From positions 51,714,862-51,778,861 of the forward strand of contig CM074511.1 of the NCBI GenBank assembly GCA_037379345.1: a stretch of 64,000 bases of DNA. The letters are read 5' to 3'. This document shows positions 12,501 to 27,500 of the stretch, piece by piece. The position numbers and the translations under genes are program-made. This stretch comes from Perna viridis. Its lineage: Eukaryota. Within the stretch, counting starts at the first letter, position 1. Each line of letters begins with the position of its first letter. The notes under the pieces are model-generated. The model searched no databases. It was not told the DNA's origin and saw only the letters and a program-made list of their open reading frames with translations.

Positions 12501-15500
12501 TCCTGTCTACACAACACTAGTCCTGACTGTCCTGCCTACACAACACTAGTCCTGACTGTCCTGCCTACACAACACAAGCCCTAACTGACTGTCCTGTCTA
12601 AACAACACAAGCCCTAACTGACTGTCCTGTCTACACAACACAAGCCCTAACTGACTGTCCTGTCTACACAACACTAGTCCTGACTGTCCTGCCTACACAA
12701 CACAAGCCCTAACTGACTGTCCTGTCTACACAACACAAGCCCTAACTGACTGTCCTGTCTACACAACACAAGCCCTAACTGACTGTCCTATCTACACAAC
12801 ACAAGCCCTAACTGACTGTCCTGTCTACACAACACAAGCCCTAACTGACTGTCCTATCTACACAACACAAGCCCTAACTGACTGTCCTGTCTACACAACA
12901 CTAGTCCTGACTGTCCTGCTACACAACACAAGCCTTAACTGACTGTCCTGTCTACACAACACAAGCCCTAACTGGCTGTCCTTCCTACACAACACTAGTC
13001 CTGACTGTCATGCCCACACAACACAAGCCCTAACTGACTGTCCTGTCTACACAACACTAGTCCTGACTGTCCTGTCTACACAACACAAGCCCTAACTGGC
13101 TGTCCTGCCCAAATAAAACTAGCCCTAACTGGCTGTCCTGCCCACACAACACAAGCCACAACTGGCTGCCCTGCCTACACAACACAAGCCCTAACTGGCT
13201 GTCCTTCCTACACAACACTAGCCCTCACTGGCTGTCCTGCCCACACAACACAAGCCGTAACTTGCTGTCCTGCCTACACAACACTTTCATGTCCTATCAA
13301 CAGTATATGGCTCTATCTTGTTTCCTGCTGTTATTTGCAGCAAACAATGAAAGTGTTCTTCGAACATGCAATTTAACTTCCACAAAGATATTCTAGCATT
13401 AAACCTAATGTCAAAAATATATAAATAGGAGATGTGGTATGTCATCCTTCAGAAGCCAAGCAACGAACAATTATACTTCTACAGGGCACCACATGGTTTT
13501 CAATGATGGGCAAAGCCATACCATAAAGCAAGCTGTGAAATTCCTCAAAATGAGTGAAGAAAATTATTCATAAAAAATGAAAATTAACCTAATCTACAGA
13601 AAAAACATAACATGAATAACAATAGACATTAAAAAAATGACAACCACTGGACTACAAGTTCCTGGGAAAAGTAGACAGCATAAAAAAATGTAAAAGTTCT
13701 ACTGTGGCAATATGATCATCATGATCTAAAAAAAAAAACTTAAAAAAAACAAAAAAGTAAGCCAAAGATATAATGAGTAATGGACAGCTAAAGAGAATAT
13801 CAACAGCTAAGGGCACAAATAGATAATCTCTATATTCTCCCTACTCACTGTATTAAATACAAGAGTATAAAAGGAAGTAACAATGAATCTGTCATTGTAA
13901 AGGACAAAGCAGTGCATGTTTATGTTAAAGGTTACCCTCTATAATTAACAACTTCTTCTGATTGTTAATATGGCAGGTGTTTTCTTCTGCTGTACCTCAG
14001 TGCAAAGTGGCAAAATTATCACATAGTTGTGAGAACAAACTGTGCTAATGTTTTTACATATTAGTCAGTCTGAAGAGGGAGAGATTCATTAATCAATAAA
14101 CAGCAGCAATTTATATCACCAATGCTGCATCATGTACCTCAATCAAAAAATTACATAATTTTTTTATGTAACAAAATATTTAAACATAGAAACATGTCCC
14201 CTGCTTTGGCAAAGATCAAGTGCAAAAATCCCATAACTTCTACACTACTTGTAGAATCAAAATGGCAGTGCAAATGATTAATTACATATGATGACTAAGA
14301 ATCCTACAAAATTTGAACAAAATCTGTCAAGTGCTTTCCAAGGAGTTGCATCTACAATGTACTACTCTAGTGTAACATGTATAAATTCAACAACAAAGTT
14401 CCATAACTCATGTTAAAATTTCTTTTATCAAAATGATATGGCAATATTATGACTTACAATCCTACAAAATTTGAACAAAATCTGTTGTGTCACCACAACA
14501 ATAACATACATAAATGTTTGTTATTCTACAGATTCAAGGAAATTGATATTATTTCATTCTACAGATTCAATGGAAATTGATATTACTATGACCCCTTTCA
14601 TTGTGCAGTGGAGGACAACTAAAAAAGGAGATATTCATAAACAAATATACATGCATATTAATATCTATTCCAAGCACCACTTGCATTTCAATTACTGAAT
14701 AAATATGACATGACCACTTCAGTCTGCATCAACTTATTTGCTTCTACCATTCAGTAAATGTAAACATCTTTAAGCCTTTTTTGAGATACTGCTGCAATCC
14801 AAAAGAATCTACCAAAAGTTAACATAAATCTGTACAATATTAACCTCTTTGTCATTTCCTTATTAATGTTGTATTTATTTAAGAACTTTTTTCAGGATTC
14901 TTTGAACAAAGGTCTTACAGACTAATGTTGGGACAGGAAAGTTGAGCTTCTGTATATGATTTCACAAAAAGTGTACAATGTGTTGTAGGATATGCCATCA
15001 CAATGCTTTTTTCAATTTCTGTTATGATGTCATTACTAACAATTAATATTACACCTTTTTTTGTGAATCTAGAATTACTGTAAACAAAGCTCACAAAAAG
15101 AAACTCTGTGATAACATAAATGCACACATACCCAGTGTACCCAGTGTAAAATAGGCACTGAAGCTTTCTTTGAAGATTGGGTAAAATCATGTAAGAACTT
15201 GGTACACATAGACACCACTGAACTTATAAAAATGTATGTTATTCTACAGATTCAAGAAAACAAGGGGACATCAATGCATGGCTTGATATTTTTTACTGTT
15301 TAATATCAATTTCTCACCTGCTGGATGATATTGAAGAAACTTTGTGATGATACAACTGAAATGATAGGAAATAAATACTTAATTAAATTTCAGGTATGTA
15401 ATGAACCCCTCAAATATAGTAAAAACTTATCATTACGTTTCAAAGTACATGTAGTAAACACATATAGCTTTGATAAAAAAGATCCTAGGTAACAGGTGAT

Positions 15501-18500
15501 TTAAAGTATAAAATAAAAACTATGGACCTGCTAAACCTTTTACCCATAGGAAGCTCCCAAACAAAAGCAAGGCCATGTGAACCACAGTCTTATCATGCAT
15601 CTAAAGAACGAACTGGAGTTGTTGTGAAATATGAAATGTAGTCATCCCTGATAAATACAGCTAAATTAAGTTTAATTCAGGAAAATCTTTGACTAATGAG
15701 ATGTCATACAGGGTTTTTCAATACAGTTTATAATACAAATAGAAAATGTCCAGAAAATTGATGGATATAAAAATCTCATTCTGTTTTCCTTCACTGAAAA
15801 CATAGAAATCTTTTTAAAAATCAATTTGATTTTTTCATTTTAGGCTATTTATGGAAATTGAATATTTTTCATAGCAATAAGAAAGTAAGATTAATTTGTC
15901 TTTACCTGTTGATTGCTGTCAGCCAGGTATAAATTAAATCCATCTCCATTTGTAGCTGAAATTATATAAAATACAAAAATATGCAGAATAATACTTACTT
16001 TCTGTTCCATTTTCATATGATCAGTATCTAAGCATTTTTACCATGGAATCCATAAAATAAACATATTATTTTATGTACATACTAATTGTTCAATATCATA
16101 ACAAATTATACAACATTAAATGCTCTTTTACTTCAATTTTGACTTGAGAAAGCACATCTGGTGATCACAATTAGATGCTTTACCTATCCAAATTTTGTCA
16201 ATTTATAAAATGCTCCTAAACAGAGCACATCTGCAGTCATTTTCACAAAAAAATCTTAAGAGCAAACTTAGGTGTAAGTGATGATGTCATAATAGATCAA
16301 ATTATTGTGCAGTCTTAAGTTATGACTAACATATCTGGACCTGTTTTGCCAGCACATAAGTATCATTAACATGTATATAAAAACTAAGCAAGTGAAATAA
16401 TTATAGTGTGGGTTACAAATTAGTAATGTACTAATGATAGCAAATGCTGTTGAAAATATGGTTAAGTTCAACATGCTAAAAAGAGAGGAAGACATTATTC
16501 ACATGTTACTTCATAATAAAAGGTACTTATCTTCAATATGTATATAAACACTGTGCAAAGTTTGAATAATACTGGTTTCATACCTTTTGAGTTACAGATT
16601 ACATAATGTAGGTACCCCTAAGTATGACAGATAGTTGGACAGACAGCTCCTTAACCTGCTTTCCCAGTGGGTGACAAAGGTAAAAATTTAGGTATTCAAA
16701 ATTTATTAGAAAATCACACTGCATTTATGTGTGCCTTTGTTGAAAACAAAGTTTTTTTTACAGCAGTCTTTACATGAATTGGAAACAAAAGGAAGTTAAA
16801 AATACATCCAAACTGATGAAAAATGACTTTTTTTTATAAAAATCATTTTTAAGAGATATGGAACACATGTGCCAAAATCTTACATAATGAATGTCATTTG
16901 AATTATGACAATTCCTGGCAAAATATTTTAAGTTGTAAAAAGCATGCATTCTATAACCCACCACTTTATCCCTAACTTTGAAAACTATATAAAGTAATAT
17001 ATTGTGATGTCCTTATAGTGGACAATAAGGATCATCGTTATCAATATTGTGATGCAACAGAATGCAAATTATGTTTACACGGAGTAATTTTTAAATATGA
17101 AAATCAGTTTGAAAAAATAATTGGCCTTAAAATCTACCCATTTCAAACCTTGAACAATGTGCATAGACAAATTTGGACACCATCACCAAGCTTGATGCAT
17201 CTCTTTACTTGACCATGTATTTGACACAGTTTAGATATATGATGTATTATAAATGTGATTACATTACATATCAAGAGGTACTGAACTTCAATTGCTGTCT
17301 TAACCAAGAAAAACAGTAAATTAGTACTTCAAATGGCAAGTTTCCAAGATAGTCTGTCCTTGAAAACCATGATTATTATATTCATAGAATTATGTAAGCA
17401 CCACTGAAAAGCTCTTTTCCAATCAGGAATTTAATGAAAAATTAGGAGACATGAGAAGCCCTCATAATGCACTTGCAAGTTCTATGTTAATTATTAAGTG
17501 TTATGGCACATGAAACCATTATATATTCCTTACAAGACAGAAAAGAGGAAGTCTATAACCATTATAAACTAAATCTAATGGTATTTGAGCTGTTAAACTG
17601 TCAACATATAGGGTTTGTAATGTTTCTAATAGGTTTCCTTCCGTAGCCTTATACAGCATAGATAAATGATTTTACTAGACGACCTATCATAAATAAATGA
17701 AATTTTTCATGGAAAAGATAAGTTACTTAATTCATCACAAAATTTACAATCCTGTTCTCTGTCTGGTGACCTTAAATTGCATGCACTATTTTGGCTTGGG
17801 TATAACCAGGGTTTCAGCCAATACTACCCTCGCTTATAGTAATTAATGATATTGTGGGCTCTATTTCAGCTAATTGTACTCTCCCTTGGACAGTCCTCAT
17901 TTCACAATAATGATCAATGAAAAGTAACAATTCAGTTTATTTTATTGAAGAACTTTATGTGACTAAAAAACTTATTAAGAGTTCTGTTAGACTGATAAGA
18001 GGTGCATATCTCAGCAAGCATATTCACATGTATTAATATTTAATACCAAAATAATAATGTAATAAATTTCACTTATTCAGTACTTTTCACAGAATATAAA
18101 GTACCAACTTCCCACAAAACTTACATTTTTATGTGGAAGATTCTTAATTTTTCATTAATTTTGTGGTTGTCTCCCCCCTAATAAGGGAGGGTTAACTGAT
18201 ATATGTAAGGTACTTACAATCAACAGCACACTGCGCAAGCTCAGCTAAGATCTGTAATTTGTCTGTTTGATAGCTGATATCTCTAGTCATCTCATGTAAC
18301 ACCTTCCATTTGTTTGACTGTACACAAGTCTAAATTAAACAAATCAAATTAATGGCATTATCAAAGTACATGTAGCTTAGTACAGGTATTCGTAATTATC
18401 CATAATTTTTAATCTATCAATCATTTAGCTGACATAAAAATATATTACATCATGGTTGATCCAGGATGTACTGACAGTCCAACCCCATACCCACTTTTAT

Positions 18501-21500
18501 TGGAAACTTTTATAAACGTTGTAAAAAATTCGAGCTAAAGAGAAAATATTTCCCTGGAACCCCTCTAGACCCCCCAACTTTTTCTAAATTTCTGGATCCA
18601 CCTTTGCTCTAGATATTTCAATTTATCAATCTAAAAATATTTATAAGTATGTAGTACCTGTACATGTAATAGCAAATTAACTTCAATTATCAGACATTCA
18701 AATTTAGAGTTTTTTTTATTCAACAATGGAAAAAAGTGTATTAATAGAAAAATCTTATGGAAGACAGTGATGACCATATTTCTGAGTTTTCATCTATGGT
18801 AACACCTATTTTTTTCTTTGGGTTTCAAAGAATTAATATGAAAATAAACTTATTTATAGTATTTTTTTTAATCTGTAGAACAAAATTTTTACTTGTATAC
18901 TTCTATGAAAATTCAGTTATCAAAATCATGTTGCCTACTCTTTACTATAAATAGAAGAGTTTTACTTCAATTTAAAAAAAAAATATCTGCATTAATTTTT
19001 TCATTTTATTATTTTATATATAAAATCTGTTACTGAAGTTTTTGAAGGTATACTTGATAAACAGATTTTACATGAAATGAACTGTAAATGGTACCACCTA
19101 TGCGCATGAAAAGTTACGTTCAGTGTGATCTTATCAATAGAGTACAGAAAGACATAAGCCAACTGAAATTCTATCACAACATACTTATTACAACAGGAAC
19201 AGAAGATCTAAAACAAGATGTTGTATGGTACATCGCGCTAAGATTATCACTACTCAACAATTTCTGTCATTTTATGCATTAAAGAACTACATGTTTACAA
19301 TTAACAGTCATACAGTAAAGAGGAAGTAGATAAGTGAGGAATCTGGAAAGAGGCGACATGGTACAAGTCATCATAAGTCATGTCCAAAATATCTAAGCAT
19401 TCCCTCCAATAGAAGCTGAGCAATCTATTAAAAAAAAGTGTAACAGACAGATGGACAACAAAGGTGATTGCAGTATAGCTCACAATATAATAAGCTGGGG
19501 TATAAAAAGGTTAACTGGTAGGAATTAAAATAAGTATAGCAACCTCAGTGTAAACTTTCAAGCTCCATGCAAGGGCGGTCGTTTGTTTCCTCTTTTACTA
19601 ACCGCTGCAGACAGGCCTTTCAAAGTTCTCCAACATAATTCATGTCAAACGTTATTTGACAACTGGATAACCTCACGTAAAATCATTCACATATTCCCGA
19701 CTTTGCAAGATTCTTTTTTATCTGAGAAGGCTTGCAGCAGGGTCTAGAGTGAATTTCGAATGTCAGATGCTTTTTCAAAGCTTGGTCAAATTTATTGATT
19801 TGTTTCACACCACATCAACTAGATGTTCTTCAAGTAGAAACAAGCTTCTCTAATGCAGTTTCTACTAAAATCATTAAAATGACCAACTTATATAATTTGC
19901 AATATTGTTTTATATGCCTATTGCACAAGCATACTAATTATAATATCTCTCTTTTTTTACAGGGACAAAAAAAGCTAGAATCTAAAAGGTCAAAATCTGG
20001 TGTAAAATGAATTAACTGCATTAAAATAAGTTTGAAACTATGGTCATTCAGATGATATAGTGAATTAGACATTCTTCAAGTGAGAAAATCACAGAGATAA
20101 TTGTGCTTAGTAGTAAGTGAAAGTGGACCTTGTTACCTGTAAATTGCTTGGTGAATGCTTCTGAAAACACCAATATAGAATTTTTTTAGATTGTAATAAA
20201 TAGCCAGTTTCTGGATCAAACAATTCACATAAAATTAATTAAAAAGAGCACACACACAAGCCACTTTCCTGAACAATAATATCTGAGATTTTAAAAGTTT
20301 TTTCTTGACTTGAACTCCAGGTGAACTTCAGCTACGATAGTTTCTTTATTTTTAAGACATACTTTACAGGTACCGGATATACAGTGTCATTGTCCTTATC
20401 AGAGTTCTCTGATTAGGTTTTATAGAGCTCTGATGGGCTATAATTAACATTTTTTACCAATGTTTTCAGACAAATACTAAAGAAACATTATCTCATTAGT
20501 TTTATATATTGCATTAAAATCTAAACTATAGAGTATAAGAGTTTTGAGAAAACTCATCTGTATATTCCAAGTAAATCCCTTCTTAGAGGAGTTTTCACCC
20601 TTTGGAAGAGTATGTTGCGCTGATCTAAAAGAGCAATATCTCTTCATTTTTGGCAATTTTTTTATATGTTTACCGCCCAGGTATAATTATATTGTTTACC
20701 TTAATCAAAAAGCATAAAAACTACTAAATCTCATTTTTTTTCAATCTGTAAGTAATTTCTGCCCTTTTTCGATAATTGCAGTATATATGGTTTAATGTAA
20801 TGTATTGGTAACTCCAATTTCTGCAAACAGGGATATTAAAAAAATCAACAACATAATAATGCTAGCTGAACTTAACTTATATCAATAAGTTCAGACCTTT
20901 ATATCACAGATAACATGTACTTTTACAATGGAAATAATTTAAAAAAAAAATGAAAACAGAACATTATAAAATGAACAGATAAGAAAGTTCCAATGTGTTA
21001 TTCCTATGGTACACAATATAATTAATCTACAAGGAACAATCACTGGATGCAGATGATAAAGTAAGATTGGGATTTTTCTGTTCCATTAGGCAAGATTCAT
21101 GATGGCTCTTAGGATTAAAGGATCTGTAAGAGAGTAATCAAGGGAACCAAGGTTATAGCGGTAATCAAAAGAATGTAATTCAGGGACAATGACCACACAT
21201 GGAAAACAAACACACACAACAAAGAACATAAAGTAACTAAATCATACATACAAAGTAACAAAAGTAAATTAGCAACTCGGACTCCGCTAAAAACTGGGAG
21301 CATGGACCAGGTGCACCGGTAGGGTAAGCATCCTCTGCTTTTCTAGAAACACCCGCCGAGTTGCTCATAAAAAGTCATGTCAAGTAACATGTACATAGAT
21401 TTCATTAAAATACACACAATTTCTCAACCAAGTCATTTTAAATAAATATGTCAAAATGCCTTCACCTGAACTGGAGTTCCAACATAATCCACCCAAAATA

Positions 21501-24500
21501 TTTCTTTACTATTCTTACTTGTTAGCTTGAGGGTTTCTTTGGTCTTTACCATGTTTTAAAATGATCGACAACTTAAAAGAAAAGTCAAATTTAATCTTTG
21601 ATATTTTTGTGTTCAATTGAGAACAAAAAGTATTGAGAAACTTCAACCCACTAAACAACATGGAATAAAGAATAAATCACTGAACACAAATGCCAGGAGA
21701 AAATTTAATAAATTCAGTGCTTTCATAAAATAAACGTTTAAAAGATGATGAATGCATTGACAGGCATATTAATGGAAATAAAGACTTAAAATGTGCAATT
21801 TTCATATTCCTAAACAAAATGACAATGACTGTGACATCAAAGTCAGACAGGAAATCTACTTCAAATCATTTGTATGAGCTAAAAAAAAATTTCAATTCAT
21901 TTCATTTTGAATTATGTGCTTCCTATAATTTTTGTCTTCTTCTATTCATGCAGTATAATACATTTTTAAGAGACTGATATGAAAACAGGATAGTTTTCCA
22001 AAAAATTGTCACTGTTAATAAGAAATAGGTGGTATCATATTTCAAAAGTCTGATAATTGCTGGACATCCATTTAGAATTATTTTAATAATCCTAAAATTC
22101 CTACATTGATTGAGGAAATTGGATTTTTCCTTGGTCAACAATGATATATACTGATAACCCGAACTGTTTTCTGTTTCCAACCTATAACTTTTGAAGAAAG
22201 CAAGCAGTTTTCTTTCTAACTTCATAGGCATAATGACATAAAAGTATACATCTCAGCTTTCTCCACACTGCTTTTACAAGATAGATAAGAAAACAACTGC
22301 TTGACCCTCCCTTTTTTACCAATAAAACAGACAGGAACATGATGATAGTCATCCAATATTTCAAGAGACTTGTTCCTGACCTCAAACGACCTTTCCACAG
22401 AACTTCTCAGTTATCAAAAAATATATAAGCAATGTACGCATAGCAAATATCTGTGAAGTTCAAAGTATCAATCATAAATAATCAATGATACACTCATATC
22501 AATTAACTTGTATGGGTTATCAAAGCGCATACTTTATTATCCTAGCAAGTGTAACGACTCTTATCCGCATGTCTAAACTGTGTCAAACTTTACGTCACAC
22601 CGCTTAACAGTTTAATGAGATATTCTTTCCGTGCAGTATATGATCAAAAAGAGATTTAAACCATGTGTGAGAAATAACCTGAAACACCTTTTAAATAAAT
22701 CCCCAACTTACACTACCCGTTTCTCTTCTGCCAAAATCTTTTCAGATTATATGTTACCTAGTGATATGCAAATAAACTCAATAGATCATCAAAATGAAGT
22801 CTATTAAAAATAATCCTCACTTAATATCTTGTCAACAAAGAAAAGAAAACTCCTTGAAAACATCAATTCATCGATTACTATGCAAAATCCTCCATAAAGA
22901 CCCTTAACAAAATGTATCTTCAGATTTGAATTTAATGAAGGTCTTTCACACATCACTAGAAGAATATTTATCCTATGAAATATGTTAAACTATCTTATTC
23001 TAACAAATGCAAGGATTGAAGTAGTGGAAAACGAACAAAAACTCTTCAAGTAAAATATGAAAAAGCATCACTGAAATCCATGACTGAACTTTAGATCAGT
23101 AACTGAGACATTAAGAATCTAACACTTCTGAAAGTGCAAGACAGAAAAAAATTTAGAAACCAAACAACAAGCCCACTTTTAATCAGATTTTGGCTCAGAG
23201 AACACTGAAATCTTCTAACCTAGATGTGTTTGATTTTTATTTTGTTCTTACTTCTACCAATTCTGGAAGCCCTGCTTATTGAAATTCTTTTTATGTATAA
23301 TACATCATAAAATGTTTTATTGTGACCTCACAATGTTGTGTGTTTTTGATTCAACCATGGGTGAGATTACAAAATCTTACATGGCTAAATATAAGAATAT
23401 CCTTGTCTCTTTAGTGGGAATCATTGTTTTCTATTGAAGGGGTTATTCTCCTGTATAAATGACTGCTTTTGACATTCAATATACAGAATAATCTTAATAT
23501 ACACAATAACAAAACTTGCAGTTAAAACAAAAGGAAAATACATTTAAATTTAAATTACCCGTAAGGAGTTGTGCTTATATGGTTTGAATATATATAAACA
23601 ACTACCTTTACAGGCATTTATGTTCTCCTTCATACATATTTACATATGGTGCCTGTACCCCCTCGAAAATTTCATCAAAATTGAAGAAGTTGCACTTGCA
23701 AGATATGAGAACAGACAGATAGATGGACAGACAGACAGATTTCAAATACCTATCAACTTCTCTTAAAGGGGTATACAAATAATAAGCTGACAGTGATACT
23801 GCTGGCCTTTTCAAAACTATCAAAATTTTTATCAAAAGTGCACCTAGGCTTACAATCCATTTTAAATCTTAGCAAAAAATGTCAACAAGTCCTGATGGTA
23901 CAATATCTTCAGTCAGTATAGATTTCATTTTATTTTGATTCACAATAAACAACATAGGTAAAATATTTGTGAAACTCATTTTGACAAAACTTGCATATTT
24001 TTAACCAAATCAGAATTTTTAAGCAAAAAAAATTACAATAAAATGAGATTGTCAAGGAAAACAAGTAGATGGATTTATGAGACTATTTGAACATTTAAAT
24101 GCTCCCTATTGTACAATATAAATAAGAAATGAAGTAAGAGTGATTGGTTGTAGATTTATAGGGGGCAATAAACTTTGTATACATCTTATGACATAAAACC
24201 ACATAGACATTTTATTTTCTCCTCTTGACACCTTTTGTAAAAACATTTAAGTTATTAAAACATTTGCTTTATAAATCTTTCTCTCAATTTTTTTTGACAT
24301 TTTGCTACAAGATGTTTTAGTGAATTATAATATTTAAAGTACAGATTAAAGCTTAGACTATAAATAGAGGAAGGTCAGGTCTGACAAACTGGGCTAATGT
24401 CACCTTATCATGTTTTCTGGTGTTGGTCTGTTCTAAATCTAATGTCCAACTAGAAAAATCTATTAGCAAAAATCACCATCCACTTCCCAAAAAGAAGTTA

Positions 24501-27500
24501 ATGTTGCCAAAGTCTGATATCAAATCCTATGATATAACAAAACTTCTATCAAAATATTAAATGGCTGTGATAAGTCATTGCAGAAAACGCTGTTGATGAA
24601 CAAACTATGAAGATTTACTAACACCTTTAGTTATTTTATTAAAGTGCCATTATACATAATTATCAACCATTCAGCTTATAGTCAATCCCAAATGTAGCTT
24701 TGTTCAATATCCTCAACCCTAACATGCATACGGGGAAATATTTTCCTACAGAAAAAAAAAATATGAATAGTTTCAGGAGTTTAATTACAAGTGCCATCAA
24801 CTGTCCATTATGATACAATGGTAAAATGGTGCACAGACAACTAAAATGAAAAACACTTTAATTATTAAGACTTATTTAGTCATGAAAATGATTAAATTTC
24901 ATTGCCACCAAACTATTCTTCTAAAAATATATTTAATAATTTACCTTTCAGCTTTAACTACTATATCAAATGTTTCTAAATTAGTCCTAATTAGGTTTCA
25001 ACACTCAGGTACAATTACAAGTAGAAAAGCAATTTTTTTTTCAGACACAATGCATCAAAGTTTATCAAATGCAGTATGATTATTAAACATGTATATGTAA
25101 TACAACAATAATCCCTGGGGAGGACTGTATTGTATCGGGAGAAGAAGAAAGCAAGGAAAAACATATCATCAATCTAGTAGCTACAAATGTACATATAACA
25201 CAAAAACTTCAGTCAGCACTAAACCAGGAAAGGGTTCTGGAGGTTAGAACCTCTCCTCCCTCTTTATTGGATTTTTTTTAATTATACTTCTTGCAAAATT
25301 GGACAAAAATGAGAAAAAATGGCCTGGGTCCACTTTAAGAATCTCTGCATCCATCCCTGGCAAAAATATGGAGAAATATAGTAAACTTATACTAATTAGT
25401 AGTTGTACCTTCTACCTGTGCAGTGGAGGACACTTACCATGGGCAATATTGTGAGGTGAGATATTACCAGCTTAATTTTATGGTTTTGGCACAGTTTTAA
25501 TAAAATTTTCAATCGAGATTCAAGTTTATTTCAAAATTTGAAACGCAATTAACTAATGAAAATTAATACATTGTACAACAATTAATACTCTTTCTGTGGC
25601 AACTGTAGAAAAAACATAAATAGAGTGATCTTAGTTTCATTCAGACCATCACAAAAATACCAAAATCTCATTTTAAAAAATCTTGACACTAGTTTACTTC
25701 ATTCATACTACAAATAACTTAAAGTGGATCTGTCCAATAAATAAACAACTCTCTACATAACTATTAAGCCATGGGAATTTATGGTACACTTTTTGGTCAT
25801 AACTCTTCAAGGGAAATTTAATAAAAACTGGTAATCTACCTATAAGTCCATGCTAATAAATTTAAGTTTGTTTAATCTTTAGAGTCATGTGAGAAACATG
25901 TCAACAATCTAACAGAACACACAAGTCTTAACTTCAAACCTTCAGCGCAAACTGATAATGCATATAACTTGTTGTTTGTTCAGAGTTCTAAATACTTATA
26001 CTCAATATATTCATGGGTTGAGAAAAATGTCCAGAAAACTGTTTGTTGGGAAAGGACAAAAGGACAGCTGGGCAGAAAAGAATAAAACTAGAAAAAATAC
26101 AAGATCACGTTTTTTTTTAAAACACCTGTAAAATAACACAAATGATACATTTTGATTATTGTTGATAAAAAAATTGTTTTTGATAATAGCTTATACTTCT
26201 AGACTCTTAACTATGACAGGTTTTAACTTTGCTTCATGTACGTAAAGCCTTAGTGAAAGAAAAAGGCACACCAATTAACATCAACTTAATATTTCATTAG
26301 GCCAGTAAGTTTTCAATTTGGAAATTTAGTACATTTTACAAAATAAGGGTAACAATAAAATTACTGAATTCGATTCATAATCAAGTCAAGTCTAAAATAA
26401 ATCAGGCAAAATAGATATTACACCACCACAGCAGCTGGTACCACCATGGTCTTTAAAAAAATCACAAAAATATTTTCCCCAAAAATAAAATGACTATCAG
26501 TAAAAAAAATAATTAGTTTATAGTTCCTTACAGAAATCTCCTCTTTAACTGACAAATATGGAACTAATTTCAGGTACAAATACAAAAGCAAAAAATTTAG
26601 ATAACTTAAAAATATGCATGTAATATTCAGATATTTTGCACAGTAATCACTTAACATGGGCCAGATTCCAAATCCAAACAAATTTTAGGCAGTATATATG
26701 TACCAATCCTATAATTATAGCATTACCTGTTTTGTTTATTGCTCTTAACAAAGGCTTATATAGAAAGCAGTTCATTCATATGTATATATTATAACTTTAA
26801 CTTGGACAAGAAACCTTAAACCATTCACCTTACACACCCAGATTCTTAACAATTTTTAGAAAGACTTGAATAGCTTATAAAAACTATTATAACAAAGTGT
26901 ACTGTATATAAAGACAAACCTAGCATTTGTGTTAAGCTTGAATATGTCCATCACCTGTGCAAAATATCTACAGGAAACTTATCACAAACATTACACCATG
27001 AGCTTTATTCCCCCCAATACAACCATGAGCTATATTCCCCCATAATACAACCATGAGCTATATCCCTTCCCTAATACAAACATAAGCTATATCCCCTCTA
27101 ATACAACCATGAGCTATATCCCTTCCCTAATACAAACATGAGCTATATTCCCCCCTAATACAACCATGAGCTATATCCCTCCCTTAATACAACCATGAGC
27201 TATATCCCTTCCCTAATACAAACATGAGCTATATTCCCCCTAATACAACCATGAGCTATATCCCTTCCCTAATACAAACATGAGCTATATCCCTCCTAAT
27301 ACAACCATGAGCTATATCCCTTCCCTAATACAAACATGAGCTATATCCCCCTAATAAAACCATGAGCTATATCCCTCCCTTAATACAACCATGAGCTATA
27401 TCCCTTCCCTAATACAAACATGAGCTATATCCCTCCTAATACAACCATGAGCTATATCCCTTCCCTAATACAAACATGAGCTATATCCCCCTAATAAAAC

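Noticed and set aside
21519-21552. ATG-containing exon-like segment [11 protein letters not shown] with gtaag donor
   Set aside because: Ends in phase 1 while the downstream exon needs phase 0.
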